Part shown: piece after piece, positions 18,602-27,150 of the stretch
How positions within the stretch are numbered: position 1 is the first letter of the stretch
Layout of the letters: each line of letters opens with the position of its first letter
Origin: Candidatus Hadarchaeales archaeon
GTDB lineage: Archaea > Hadarchaeota > Hadarchaeia > Hadarchaeales > JAWBSP01
DNA: 50,296 nt
Assembly (NCBI GenBank): GCA_038842485.1
Contig: JAWBSP010000004.1
Location: 1 to 50,296, forward strand
Direction of reading: 5' to 3'
Translations under genes and position numbers: made by a program
Notes under the pieces: model-generated
What the model was told of the DNA's origin: nothing
The model's database searches: none
Seen by the model: the letters and a program-made list of their open reading frames with translations, nothing else

Positions 18602-18675
18602 GGGCCGGTAGTCTAGCCAGGAGAGGACGGAGGCCTCCGGAGCCTCTGACACGGGTTCGAATCCCGTCCGGCCCG
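18602..18675 (+). tRNA. tRNA-Arg(CCG)
   Basis: GGGCCGG...GAGGC-CTCCGGA-GCCTC...GGTTCGAATCC...CCGGCCCG. Confidence 0.95.
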
Positions 18676-18738
18676 CTTGATCGAAGAGCTCAAAATATAG
18701 CGAATCACCAGCAAAAGGTCAACAGAACTGGGTTCGAT

Positions 18739-19332
18739 TTACAATTTGGTCCGGGAGACAGGCAGCAGGGAAACTCCAAACCTTTTGGCAGTTTCGCGCA
18801 AGTAATTTTGATCCACGTTCAATTTCGGCAAAATGCGGCGGAGCTGGTCGGTATCCTTTTTTCTCCCCGCAGCCAGCTTGCAGAGGATAGAGTCCTCGAG
18901 TTTCGCGAGATGAACTACAACTGGTTTGGAGCGAATCTCCAGCTTTCCCAGCTCTTCCCTGGCATTATGGTACGTGTACCGGAAAAGGTCTTGGACGCGC
19001 GGTTTCGACGGGCGGACGAACTCAACTGGAAAAAGTTCCTTCCGCAGGGGAACGAGCATACGTGCCTCAAACTTGATTACCACTTCGACCTCGTCTGGGT
19101 GAGCACGCCTAAATCTTAGAAAGGCAAGATTGATTTCATCAAGGTCTGCTGGTGACTCAAGCAGCAAATCGATGTCGCGCGTTTGGTAAATTGCTTCACC
19201 CACCTTCTCGAGTGCGAGCGCGAAGACGGCCCCGCCGAAGACGACCACCTTTGGGTAGTACACCCCCTCCGATGCGAGGGCGGAGAGTGCATACTCAATT
19301 GAGTCAAGAGCCAGCTTCCTAAACTTCGACAC
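18739..19332 (-). CDS. Pol-beta-superfamily nucleotidyltransferase (DUF6036/AbiEii-like)
   Basis: VVFGGAV, TRDIDLL, CKLAAGRKKD. Confidence 0.8.
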   Translation of the reverse strand: MSKFRKLALDSIEYALSALASEGVYYPKVVVFGGAVFALALEKVGEAIYQTRDIDLLLESPADLDEINLAFLRFRRAHPDEVEVVIKFEARMLVPLRKELFPVEFVRPSKPRVQDLFRYTYHNAREELGKLEIRSKPVVVHLAKLEDSILCKLAAGRKKDTDQLRRILPKLNVDQNYLRETAKRFGVSLLPVSRTKL

Positions 19333-19333
19333 C

Positions 19334-19810
19334 TCACCCCTCCACTAATTCCGCCCACGAGCGTCGCACGCTTGGCCACCGGGAACAGGAGCAGATTGGA
19401 ACACCGCGCTCCCAATCCAAGCCAAGCATGTGAGCGTAGGCGGAAACGAGAGCGCACCCCCTGTTTTGAAACTCGGTTGCCCTGCAGCTCTTACAATGTT
19501 CAAGTGCGAGCTTCAGAATGGCGCGGAGGTCGTCCTCAGACAGTTCGTGGCCCATTTCCCCGCCGCGCAAGAGTTCGAGAATTCTGGCTCCGCGGGGGGT
19601 CAGTGAAATCCGGCCGGTTGGTCTGCCCCGGCCTGCGTGAACGGTTTTCGAACATACCAGCCCGCGAGCCCGTAGCCGCTCGATCAGCTTGGAAACTTCT
19701 CTCACGTTTGTTTTTAGATCTCGCGCCAGCGCGGTGACCGAACTTCCGTGAACTAGGGAAAGTAACCGTTCCATCGCGTCTGGCAAAGCTAGGCCGCGCT
19801 TTATCGCCAC
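19334..19810 (-). CDS. MarR-like winged-HTH protein with Cys-rich C-terminal domain
   Basis: VTALARDL....EVSKLIERLRARGLV, LTPRG; C-terminal CKSC...C...CSC. Confidence 0.7.
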   Translation of the reverse strand: MAIKRGLALPDAMERLLSLVHGSSVTALARDLKTNVREVSKLIERLRARGLVCSKTVHAGRGRPTGRISLTPRGARILELLRGGEMGHELSEDDLRAILKLALEHCKSCRATEFQNRGCALVSAYAHMLGLDWERGVPICSCSRWPSVRRSWAELVEG

Positions 19811-19939
19811 AATAAACTGACGATTTCGTAACTTATATATTTTCAGGTCCTTACCTTAGGCGGCATAGTACACTCCCAGCCAAACCTTCCAGATTTTGGC
19901 GGGGCGGCGATTTTTATCTATTGCAGGACGAAGATTTGA

Positions 19940-20161
19940 ATGCCAAGAGCTTCTGAAAAGGAAATAATAGAGTATCTGCGGTCGAAAGGGGGATCGGCAA
20001 CTACCGATGAGATGCGAGCCGATGGGCTGGGCGATGTGGGAAAGGGCTGGAACACCATGAGGGTGCTCAGGCGGATGCTTCAGAAGGGATTGGTAGAGAG
20101 GGAGATCAGACACACCCCGGAGCGTCAGACCATCATCAGGTGGTCCCTTAAGAAACGCTGA
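19940..20161 (+). CDS. Small winged-helix protein
   Basis: EIIEYLRSKGG...VLRRMLQKGLVER; stop overlaps the next start. Confidence 0.65.
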   Translation: MPRASEKEIIEYLRSKGGSATTDEMRADGLGDVGKGWNTMRVLRRMLQKGLVEREIRHTPERQTIIRWSLKKR

Positions 20162-20577
20162 TGAGGGAGTACCACGAGTTCTCCGAGGCGCTGAAGAGAC
20201 TAGAGCTAATACACACCCTAGGGCCCGAGAATCTGGTGAAGTTCAGGTTCGTGGTGGATCTGGGCGAGCGTAGTGTGGAGGAGGCTGTCAGGGCGCTCTT
20301 CAGGATGGGGCAGCTCGCGCTCGGCGGAAAAGAACCGCCAGGGGATGACCAGCAGCTCATCTCTCTGCTGAGGAGGAGAAAGATCCTTTCGTCCGCACAG
20401 GTCAGGAAAATGCGTAGTCTCCTCACCTTCAGGAAGGCCCTGTTGGAGGCGAAGTCGGGCGAGGAGAGCATCTCGGCGAGGGAGGTGTACGCGGCCTTCG
20501 AGAAACTGAGGAAGGACCTGACGGAACTGGGGAGGACCCTTTACGGTTACCTGCCGTTCGAGATGAGGGAACGCTAA
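20161..20577 (+). CDS. HEPN/DUF86-like protein with degenerate active site
   Basis: All-helical; LRRRKILS....KMRSLLTFRKALLE..ISAREVY matches the DUF86 layout but lacks RNxxxH. Confidence 0.55.
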   Translation: MREYHEFSEALKRLELIHTLGPENLVKFRFVVDLGERSVEEAVRALFRMGQLALGGKEPPGDDQQLISLLRRRKILSSAQVRKMRSLLTFRKALLEAKSGEESISAREVYAAFEKLRKDLTELGRTLYGYLPFEMRER

Positions 20578-21005
20578 CCTATATAGGTGAGCTTCTCCTT
20601 TCCTTCCTTCTGTTGCGGCTGAGGCTGGGCCGAAAAACTCGGCAGTGGAACTGGTGGAGGGACCCCCACCGTTTTGGAGAGGATGACCGCCTCAATGAGG
20701 GAGGTGTTGGTTATGGTCTGGAGGAGGCTGGGCGGAGGAGGCAGGTGCTTCTTGTACCCCTCCTGAATTTTCTCCAGCTCCTCTTTTTCGCCCGAAATGA
20801 TGGCTTTACCCTTGAGGCTGATCTGGGCTACCGAGGGATTGTAGGTGATGGAGGTCACGAAGGGCAGGATGAGTTTGTTTTCACCCATCTCCACGCTGAC
20901 GATGCTCACGTTTGCCGAGACCTGAACGTTTGGAGGGAGCGGTTTTCCGGTTTCCCAGAGTTTTTCGGCCGAGGCGTAATAAATCTGGATGTTTATCTCC
21001 ATCAC
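20574..21005 (-). CDS. Conserved archaeal hypothetical protein (SecB-like fold suspected)
   Basis: YNPSVAQISLKG, ILSKTVGVPPPVPLP pattern. Confidence 0.7.
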   Translation of the reverse strand: MMEINIQIYYASAEKLWETGKPLPPNVQVSANVSIVSVEMGENKLILPFVTSITYNPSVAQISLKGKAIISGEKEELEKIQEGYKKHLPPPPSLLQTITNTSLIEAVILSKTVGVPPPVPLPSFSAQPQPQQKEGKEKLTYIG

Positions 21006-21048
21006 ACACTACGGTGTAGGCTAAAAGTCTTCTGTGGTTGGATTTGAT

Positions 21049-21174
21049 GGGGCCGTAGTGTAGCATGGTCTAGCACGGCGGGCTCCAGTGGACTTGTGGG
21101 TCTGCTGACGGAAGGATGATGACCCATTGGAGCGAAGAGACCCGCAAACCCGGGTTCAAATCCTGGCGGCCCCA
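21049..21174 (+). tRNA. tRNA-Trp(CCA) with 51-nt intron at 37/38 (21089-21139)
   Basis: GGGGCCG...GCGGG-CTCCAG|intron|A-CCCGC...GGTTCAAATCC...CGGCCCCA. Confidence 0.95.
21089..21139 (+). ncRNA. Intron-encoded box C/D guide RNA for tRNA-Trp positions 34 and 39
   Basis: Guide TGTGGGTCTG + CTGA; ATGATGA box; guide TTGGAGC + degenerate AAGA box; N+5 rule gives C39 and C34. Confidence 0.8.
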
Positions 21175-21213
21175 CTCCCAACAGGGTTCAAATACCACCT
21201 TCCAAGGCCTCTG

Positions 21214-22494
21214 ATGGGGAGGGCGAGGTACTCCCACCTGCTGGAGGACCCCGAGGTGAGGAGGTGGTACGAGAACGTGGCGAGGGGGTCCAGGCTCTGG
21301 GCCGACGTCTGCCTGAGGAGGCTCGGCTCCTTCTGCGCCGAGCTCGGGATGGCCCCGAGGGATCTGGCGGGCCTCCCCGACAGGAGGCTCCACCAGGTCC
21401 TCCTCGACTTCGTCTCCGCCAAGGAGAGGGAGGGGTACGCCGGGAGCTACATCGCCTGCATCATGAAGTCCGTGAGGTCCTGGCTCTCCTTCAACATGCG
21501 GAGGCCCGAGATCAAGATCAAAATCAGGGGCGCGCAGGACACGCCGACCCTGAGGAACGAGAGGATCCCGACGAGGGAGGAGCTCAGGAGGATCTTCCTC
21601 TCGGCGGACAAGAAGACGAGGGTTGCGTGCGCTCTCGTCGCCCACGCTGGGCTTAGGATCCAGACGATCGGCAACTACGAGGGGAAGGACGGGCTGAGGC
21701 TCAAGGACCTCCCCGAGCTCACGGTGAAGGGGAGGAGGGTCAGCTTCAGGAAGATCCCGACGCTGATCGTAGTCAGGAGGGAGCTCTCGAAGGCCGGCCA
21801 CCAGTACCTGACCTTCCTCAGCAGGGAGGGCTGCGAGTACCTGAGGGACTACCTCGAGGAGAGGCTGGCTTCAGGGGAGAGGCTGGGGCCCGAGTCCGCC
21901 GTCGTGACACCAAAGGTCAGGATCAAGCCCTTCATCCGCGCCAACAACATCGGTGACGACATCAGGAAGGCCATCCGCACCGCTGGCTTCCCCTGGAGGC
22001 CCTACGTGCTAAGGTCCTACTTCGACACGCAGCTCATGCAGGCGGAGTCCCGGGGCCTCGTGCTCAGGGACTACCGCCAGTTCTGGATGGGGCACAGGGG
22101 GGACATAGAGGCGAGGTACACCACCAACAAGGGGATGCTGCCGCAGGAGGTGATAGAGGACATGAGGGAGGCGTACAAGAGGTCGCAAAGGTTCCTGCAG
22201 ACCGTTGAGACGGAGGAGGAGGTTAGGCTCGAGCCCGAGTTCAGGCGCCAGTTGCTCCTCGCCTCCGGGTTCAAATCCGCCGAGGTGGAGAGGATGGATT
22301 TGGAAAGGATGGGGGAGGAGGAGTTCCAGGAATTGATATGAAAGAAAATCATGAGTTTTGTTACCGAGGGCGGTGCAAAGCAGAAGGTCATACCGTTGAG
22401 CAGGATCGAGGAATACCTCAAAAAGGGATGGGAGTTTCAGGCCGCCCTGCCCGACGGCAAGGCGATAGTGAAGATGCCATCCAGTCCCAAATAG
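21214..22494 (+). pseudogene. Tyrosine recombinase/integrase interrupted by in-frame TGA at 22339-22341; catalytic core intact
   Basis: HAGLR, PYVLRSYF, WMGH, ARYT; frame continues after TGA as KKIM...QKVIPLSRIEEYLKKGWEFQAALPDGKAIVKMP to TAG 22494; directly downstream of tRNA-Trp. Confidence 0.85.
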
Positions 22495-22504
22495 GTCCAA
22501 AATC

Positions 22505-22894
22505 GTGAAGAAAACTGGGCATGTTCACGAAGACAACCAAATTCCACTCCCCAACGTACGACACGTTCCTCCTGCTGAACATCGAGGATCGGGTGATACC
22601 TGTGGGCCAGATAGGGAGGTTCTGGTCGACAACGTTCCTGCCGGGCTTGCGGACGACTATGAGGACGTTCTGGATCCCACCGACGACGGGGGGAGGTGCG
22701 AGTACCTCATCCTGAAGGGAGGGAGGGGGACCCAGCTCCTCGTTTCGATACCCGGCTTCTCCTCAAGGACCATAACCATAAGGGGACCGCTGGCCGCGGG
22801 GAAGCCCTGGGTGCCTCTGGTAATCGCCATAAACATTGTGGTAATTGTTGTGGTCCTCCTCTTGGTGTTCCAGCGAAGGCCTAGGAGTTATTAG
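22505..22894 (+). CDS. Probable fragment of a membrane-anchored protein (cargo remnant)
   Basis: C-terminal TM helix WVPLVIAINIVVIVVVLLLVF-QRR; no convincing N-terminus. Confidence 0.4.
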   Translation: MKKTGHVHEDNQIPLPNVRHVPPAEHRGSGDTCGPDREVLVDNVPAGLADDYEDVLDPTDDGGRCEYLILKGGRGTQLLVSIPGFSSRTITIRGPLAAGKPWVPLVIAINIVVIVVVLLLVFQRRPRSY

Positions 22895-22913
22895 GTAGGT
22901 AGTTTAGAAGGAT

Positions 22914-24797
22914 GTGGAGCTAAGCTGTAGAAATTGCGGTTATAGGTGGAACTACCGAGGAAGGGGGACCTATGCCACCTGCCCCCGATGCAGATGGAAG
23001 GTGCCCACCAAATGGAAGGGCCCGAAGAGGTTCGAGCCGGTCGAGTTCGTGGAGGACTACATGAGCCAGCGGAGCTGGACGGTCAGGGAGAATGCCAACA
23101 TACCCTTCTCCTTCTCCTCCCTTTTCTTCCAAGGGGCGGGCGAGGTAATAGCGGAATATGTGTTAAAAAAGGTTTACCCCCCCGAGATATCGAGAGCGCA
23201 TCGAGAAGGGGACTTCCACCTCCACAACCTAATTTTTGGTGTAATCGGCTACTGTGCAGGATGGTCCATCAAGGACCTGCTCCTCCAAGGATTCGGGGGA
23301 ATTCCTGCCCGAACCGAGTCCTCACCTCCCAAGCACTTCTCCTCCGCCCTCCTCCAGATTTCCAACTTCTTGGGTTCGATTCAGAACGAGTGGGCGGGAG
23401 CTCAAGCCGTCAACGACCTTGACGTTTACATGGCCCCCTTCATCCGGAAGGACCGACTCACCTTCGAGCAAATCAAGCAGACCATCCAAGAGTTCGTATA
23501 CAATCTGAACATCTCCTCCAGGTGGGGCGGCCAGACCCCCTTCACCAACGTCACCCTAGGCATCCTTATTCCCGAGGATTTGAAGGATCAACCAGTGATT
23601 ATCGGGGGGAAGACCCTAGACGAGACTTACGGGGACTATCAAGCGGAAGTCGACCAGTTCAATCGCGCCTTCCTCGAAGTGCTGTTTCAGGGGGACGCTA
23701 GGGGAAGGGTCTTCACCTTCCCCATCCCAACCGTCAATATCACTCCTGATTTCCCCTGGGACTCCCCGGTTTCGGACCTCCTCTTCAAAGTCACGGCCAA
23801 GTTCGGCTCCTTCTATTTCCAGAACTGCATTAGGGGGGGAATAAACCCGAGGGAGATCAAGGCCATGTGCTGCCGCCTCCAACTTGACCTCAAGGAGCTG
23901 TACAGGAGGTACGGGTTCTTCGGATATGCAGATAAGACTGGGTCGTTGGGTGTGGTTACCATAAACCTCCCGAGAATTGGATATCTGTCAAAGGAAGAAG
24001 GGGAATTTTTCGAAAGGCTCGACCACCTGCTCGAGCTGGCGAAGGAAAGTTTGGAAATCAAACGGAAGGTGGTCGAAAAACTCATGGCCAACGGGATGCT
24101 CCCCTTCACAAAGAGGTATCTGGGAACCCTGCGTTGGCACTTCTCAACCATTGGACTCATTGGGATGCATGAAGCATGTCTGAACTTCCTCGGCTCCGGA
24201 ATTGAAACACCCGAGGGGAAGGACTTCGCCCTGAAGGTTCTGACCCATATGAGGGAGAGGATAAGGGAATTCCAAGAGGAGACGGGAAACCTCTACAACT
24301 TAGAGGCGACCCCGGCGGAGGGGGCGAGCCACCGACTTGCCCGACTTGACAAGGAAAGATATCGGGACATCATCACCTCTGGAAAGAAGGTCCCATACTA
24401 TACGAACTCCACATGGCTCCCGGTGGGCTTCACCTCCAACCTAGCGCTCGCCCTCGAACACCAGCAAGACCTTCAGGTGCTCTACAACGGGGGCACGGTC
24501 TTTCACGCCTTCATAGGGGAGGCCTTTCCCGACCCACAGGCCTGCAAACTACTGGTGCGGAGGATAGCAGAGAACTACAGAATCCCCTATTACACCATCA
24601 CCCCAACCTTCTCCATCTGCATGAACCACGGCTACCTCAGCGGGAACCATCCCACCTGCCCGCACTGCGGCGAGCCCTGCGAGGTTTACTCCCGCATCGT
24701 GGGCTACTACCGCCCGGTTTCTAACTGGCATGTAGGAAAACGTGAGGAATTCGGGGAGCGGGTGACCTACCAGCCCAGCCTTCCGGGGGTCCCTTGA
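22914..24797 (+). CDS. nrdD: Anaerobic (class III) ribonucleoside-triphosphate reductase with N-terminal Zn ribbon
   Basis: GYCAGWS, QTPFTN, AMCCRL, EATPAEG, CMNH...CPHC, RIVGYYRP glycyl-radical loop. Confidence 0.96.
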   Translation: MELSCRNCGYRWNYRGRGTYATCPRCRWKVPTKWKGPKRFEPVEFVEDYMSQRSWTVRENANIPFSFSSLFFQGAGEVIAEYVLKKVYPPEISRAHREGDFHLHNLIFGVIGYCAGWSIKDLLLQGFGGIPARTESSPPKHFSSALLQISNFLGSIQNEWAGAQAVNDLDVYMAPFIRKDRLTFEQIKQTIQEFVYNLNISSRWGGQTPFTNVTLGILIPEDLKDQPVIIGGKTLDETYGDYQAEVDQFNRAFLEVLFQGDARGRVFTFPIPTVNITPDFPWDSPVSDLLFKVTAKFGSFYFQNCIRGGINPREIKAMCCRLQLDLKELYRRYGFFGYADKTGSLGVVTINLPRIGYLSKEEGEFFERLDHLLELAKESLEIKRKVVEKLMANGMLPFTKRYLGTLRWHFSTIGLIGMHEACLNFLGSGIETPEGKDFALKVLTHMRERIREFQEETGNLYNLEATPAEGASHRLARLDKERYRDIITSGKKVPYYTNSTWLPVGFTSNLALALEHQQDLQVLYNGGTVFHAFIGEAFPDPQACKLLVRRIAENYRIPYYTITPTFSICMNHGYLSGNHPTCPHCGEPCEVYSRIVGYYRPVSNWHVGKREEFGERVTYQPSLPGVP

Positions 24798-25531
24798 TGA
24801 TAAGGCTGAGGGGAATCAAGGATCTTTCCCTTTCCGACTGGCCCGGCAAGCCCTGCACGCTCATCTTCCTCCAAGGGTGCAACCTGAGGTGTCCTTGGTG
24901 CTTTAATGTCGACGCGATTGATCCTTGGGGGGGAATCGAGGAGAGTCTTAGCCGGGTGAAACTGTTGCTGGAAACCGTGAGACCCTTGGTGGATTCCGTG
25001 ATGCTCTCGGGAGGGGAGCCACTTCTCCAGCCGGATGCCTGTGTCGAGATCCTGAAGATCAGCAAGGAGCTCGAGTTCAAAACAGGTATCGAGACCAACG
25101 GTACCCTGCCAGAAAATCTTGGGAAAATTCTGGAATTCCTAGACCTCGTGGCCTTGGACGTTAAGATGCCGCTTAGCGACGACGAGCTTTACCAGCGGAT
25201 GGTGGGTATACCACTGGAGGGAATCACGAGAAAAGTCAGAAAAACGCTGGAGTGTCTGAAGGAATCTAAGGTGGAGTTTGAGGTGAGAACCACCCTCGTT
25301 CCCTCTCTCAACGCGGAGCCTGCCATCGTCGAAAAACTCGTGCGTGATTTGGAGGGTCAAACCCAAACCATTTGCTTCCAGCAGTTCAGGAACCAGAGAA
25401 CCCTAGATCCAGCCCTCCAGAGGGTACCGGAACCGAGTAGGGAACAGCTCATTGAACTCGCCAAGCTTGCGAAAGGGACAATTCCTCACGTCAAAATTTT
25501 CACGGTGGAGGGGGGATTCGAGGAAATCTAG
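24794..25531 (+). CDS. nrdG: RNR-activating radical SAM protein
   Basis: GCNLRCPWCFN, SGGEPLLQ, ETNG, EVRTT; overlaps the nrdD stop. Confidence 0.93.
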   Translation: MMIRLRGIKDLSLSDWPGKPCTLIFLQGCNLRCPWCFNVDAIDPWGGIEESLSRVKLLLETVRPLVDSVMLSGGEPLLQPDACVEILKISKELEFKTGIETNGTLPENLGKILEFLDLVALDVKMPLSDDELYQRMVGIPLEGITRKVRKTLECLKESKVEFEVRTTLVPSLNAEPAIVEKLVRDLEGQTQTICFQQFRNQRTLDPALQRVPEPSREQLIELAKLAKGTIPHVKIFTVEGGFEEI

Positions 25532-27150
25532 GACCGGCGGAGGAAGGGGTTCAGGGAGGCCACAAATCTGAGCGCACGAATGAGATGGGGTGTAAGTGAC
25601 AGGAGAGCAGGGTGGATTCCCCTAGCCGTGTCCTCGATCATCCTGTAGTCCGCCTCGTTATAGTGACCCGTGAAAGCCAGCAGGAAGAAATAAAGAACCC
25701 CTAGGGCACAGCACCACCCCACCATTGGCAGGAAGGCGTGCGCGCTGGTGGGAAAGATGGAGGAGGGAGGGACGAGCTTCCACCCTATCAAAAAGGTGAC
25801 TAACCCTGCAAGCAGGGGTCGCAAAGCCTCCTTCAGGTAGACGGGCACCCTGGCCCGCAGGAGCCTGATGGAGAGAAAGAACAGGGGTACGAAGCTTGAG
25901 AGGAGGAGGGAGTAGGGAACGGCGAGCAGGGGGTCAACTATCCTAGAGAGCCACAGCGACATGAGAACGAGCAGGAGATGGGAGGCGAGAAAGGAAACCC
26001 CCGCATCCCTTTCCCTACCCAGCCCCACGAGAATGGAACCGTATACGTTGGCCACCCCGTAAAGCAGCATCCCGGTAACAAAGAGCTTCACAACCGGTGC
26101 ACCCCCAAGGGAAACGTAATCCGGGCCATTGATGGCGAAAAGGATGAGTTCCCCAGCCGCCAAGTAAACCATGGCGAGCAGCGCAGCCATACCGTAAGCG
26201 TACTTGTTGATGAGGTGACATGTTTCGCGAACCAGTTCCTCGTCCCCCCTCTCCTTGGCGCGGGCCAACTCTGGAGTGAGAGGGCCGGTCATGCTGGTCA
26301 CCACCGCCATCGTCCATCCATAACCAGCCGCCACCCCGAAGAGACCAGCGAGTTCCCTCTGGGGGATGAGGGCCTTGGCGGTGGAGATGGAAAGGGAGAT
26401 GGTGGTACCAAAAGCCACCAAACCTGTGAGGGCGATCCACAGACCCCTCCTGAGGAAGACAGAGAGAGTTCTCCCATCGAGCGTGTTTGGGTCCAACAGT
26501 GAGCGGAGCGGGTAAGGCGAGACCTTCCTGAAGAAGTGGAGGGCGGCGAGCAGGGAGAGGAGAGCGTAGGCCGGCACGGTGGCTGCAAGGTAGGGCGCAT
26601 ACTCTTGGGAGCGGAGCACGATCAGGGGTCCCCCCACAATCAGGATGCCGATAAACCCGCTGGCGTTGGCGATTCCCGAGTAGTCGAAACGGTGCATGGA
26701 GCTTATCATGGAAACCACGGGGTCGCGAAGGTAGAGGAGAGGAACAGCCAAACCCACGAAGGAGAAGGCTAGGCGATCCTGCGGATTGGTCGTGAGCAGA
26801 AAGGAGAGGGCGAAAAAGACTACGGAGATGACCACCCCCAGGGCCAGCATGAAAATGGTGGCGTTGGCGGCCACGATTCTCCCCTCCTCCTCGTCCCGCT
26901 CATGCGCCTCCGCAACCAGCCTCACAAAGGCGGAGCCCAGACCCAGACCCGCCAGCTCGCAGACGGCAACCAGGGCCCAGCTGGTGGTGTAGAACTCCAC
27001 ACCCTTTGGACCCAGCACCTCTGGGCGACCCGCAAGGAGGGTCACTATCCACGGAAGGAGTCCCGCCACCGAAGTGACCAGAAAGAACCACACCCCGCCG
27101 GCAAAGACCCTTCCCACCGAGGGTTTCTTGAATATTTCCTCCCTTTTCAT
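25528..27150 (-). CDS. MOP-superfamily (Wzx/MurJ/Rft1-like) oligosaccharide flippase
   Basis: About 14 hydrophobic segments; GLGLGSAFVRLVAE; GLFGVA...PLTPELAR. Confidence 0.78.
   Translation of the reverse strand: MKREEIFKKPSVGRVFAGGVWFFLVTSVAGLLPWIVTLLAGRPEVLGPKGVEFYTTSWALVAVCELAGLGLGSAFVRLVAEAHERDEEEGRIVAANATIFMLALGVVISVVFFALSFLLTTNPQDRLAFSFVGLAVPLLYLRDPVVSMISSMHRFDYSGIANASGFIGILIVGGPLIVLRSQEYAPYLAATVPAYALLSLLAALHFFRKVSPYPLRSLLDPNTLDGRTLSVFLRRGLWIALTGLVAFGTTISLSISTAKALIPQRELAGLFGVAAGYGWTMAVVTSMTGPLTPELARAKERGDEELVRETCHLINKYAYGMAALLAMVYLAAGELILFAINGPDYVSLGGAPVVKLFVTGMLLYGVANVYGSILVGLGRERDAGVSFLASHLLLVLMSLWLSRIVDPLLAVPYSLLLSSFVPLFFLSIRLLRARVPVYLKEALRPLLAGLVTFLIGWKLVPPSSIFPTSAHAFLPMVGWCCALGVLYFFLLAFTGHYNEADYRMIEDTARGIHPALLSLTPHLIRALRFVASLNPFLRRS

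Noticed and set aside
21127-21213. Integrase N-terminal extension through the tRNA 3' half (SSV1-type split integrase)
   Set aside because: A good ATG at 21214 has a TATA-like TTCAAATA about 20-27 bp upstream and the N-terminal domain appears complete; no int(N) fragment or att duplicate was seen. Not fully excluded
22339-22341. Selenocysteine or programmed readthrough at the integrase TGA
   Set aside because: The position is non-catalytic and in a basic helix where Arg fits; no SECIS-like element recognised
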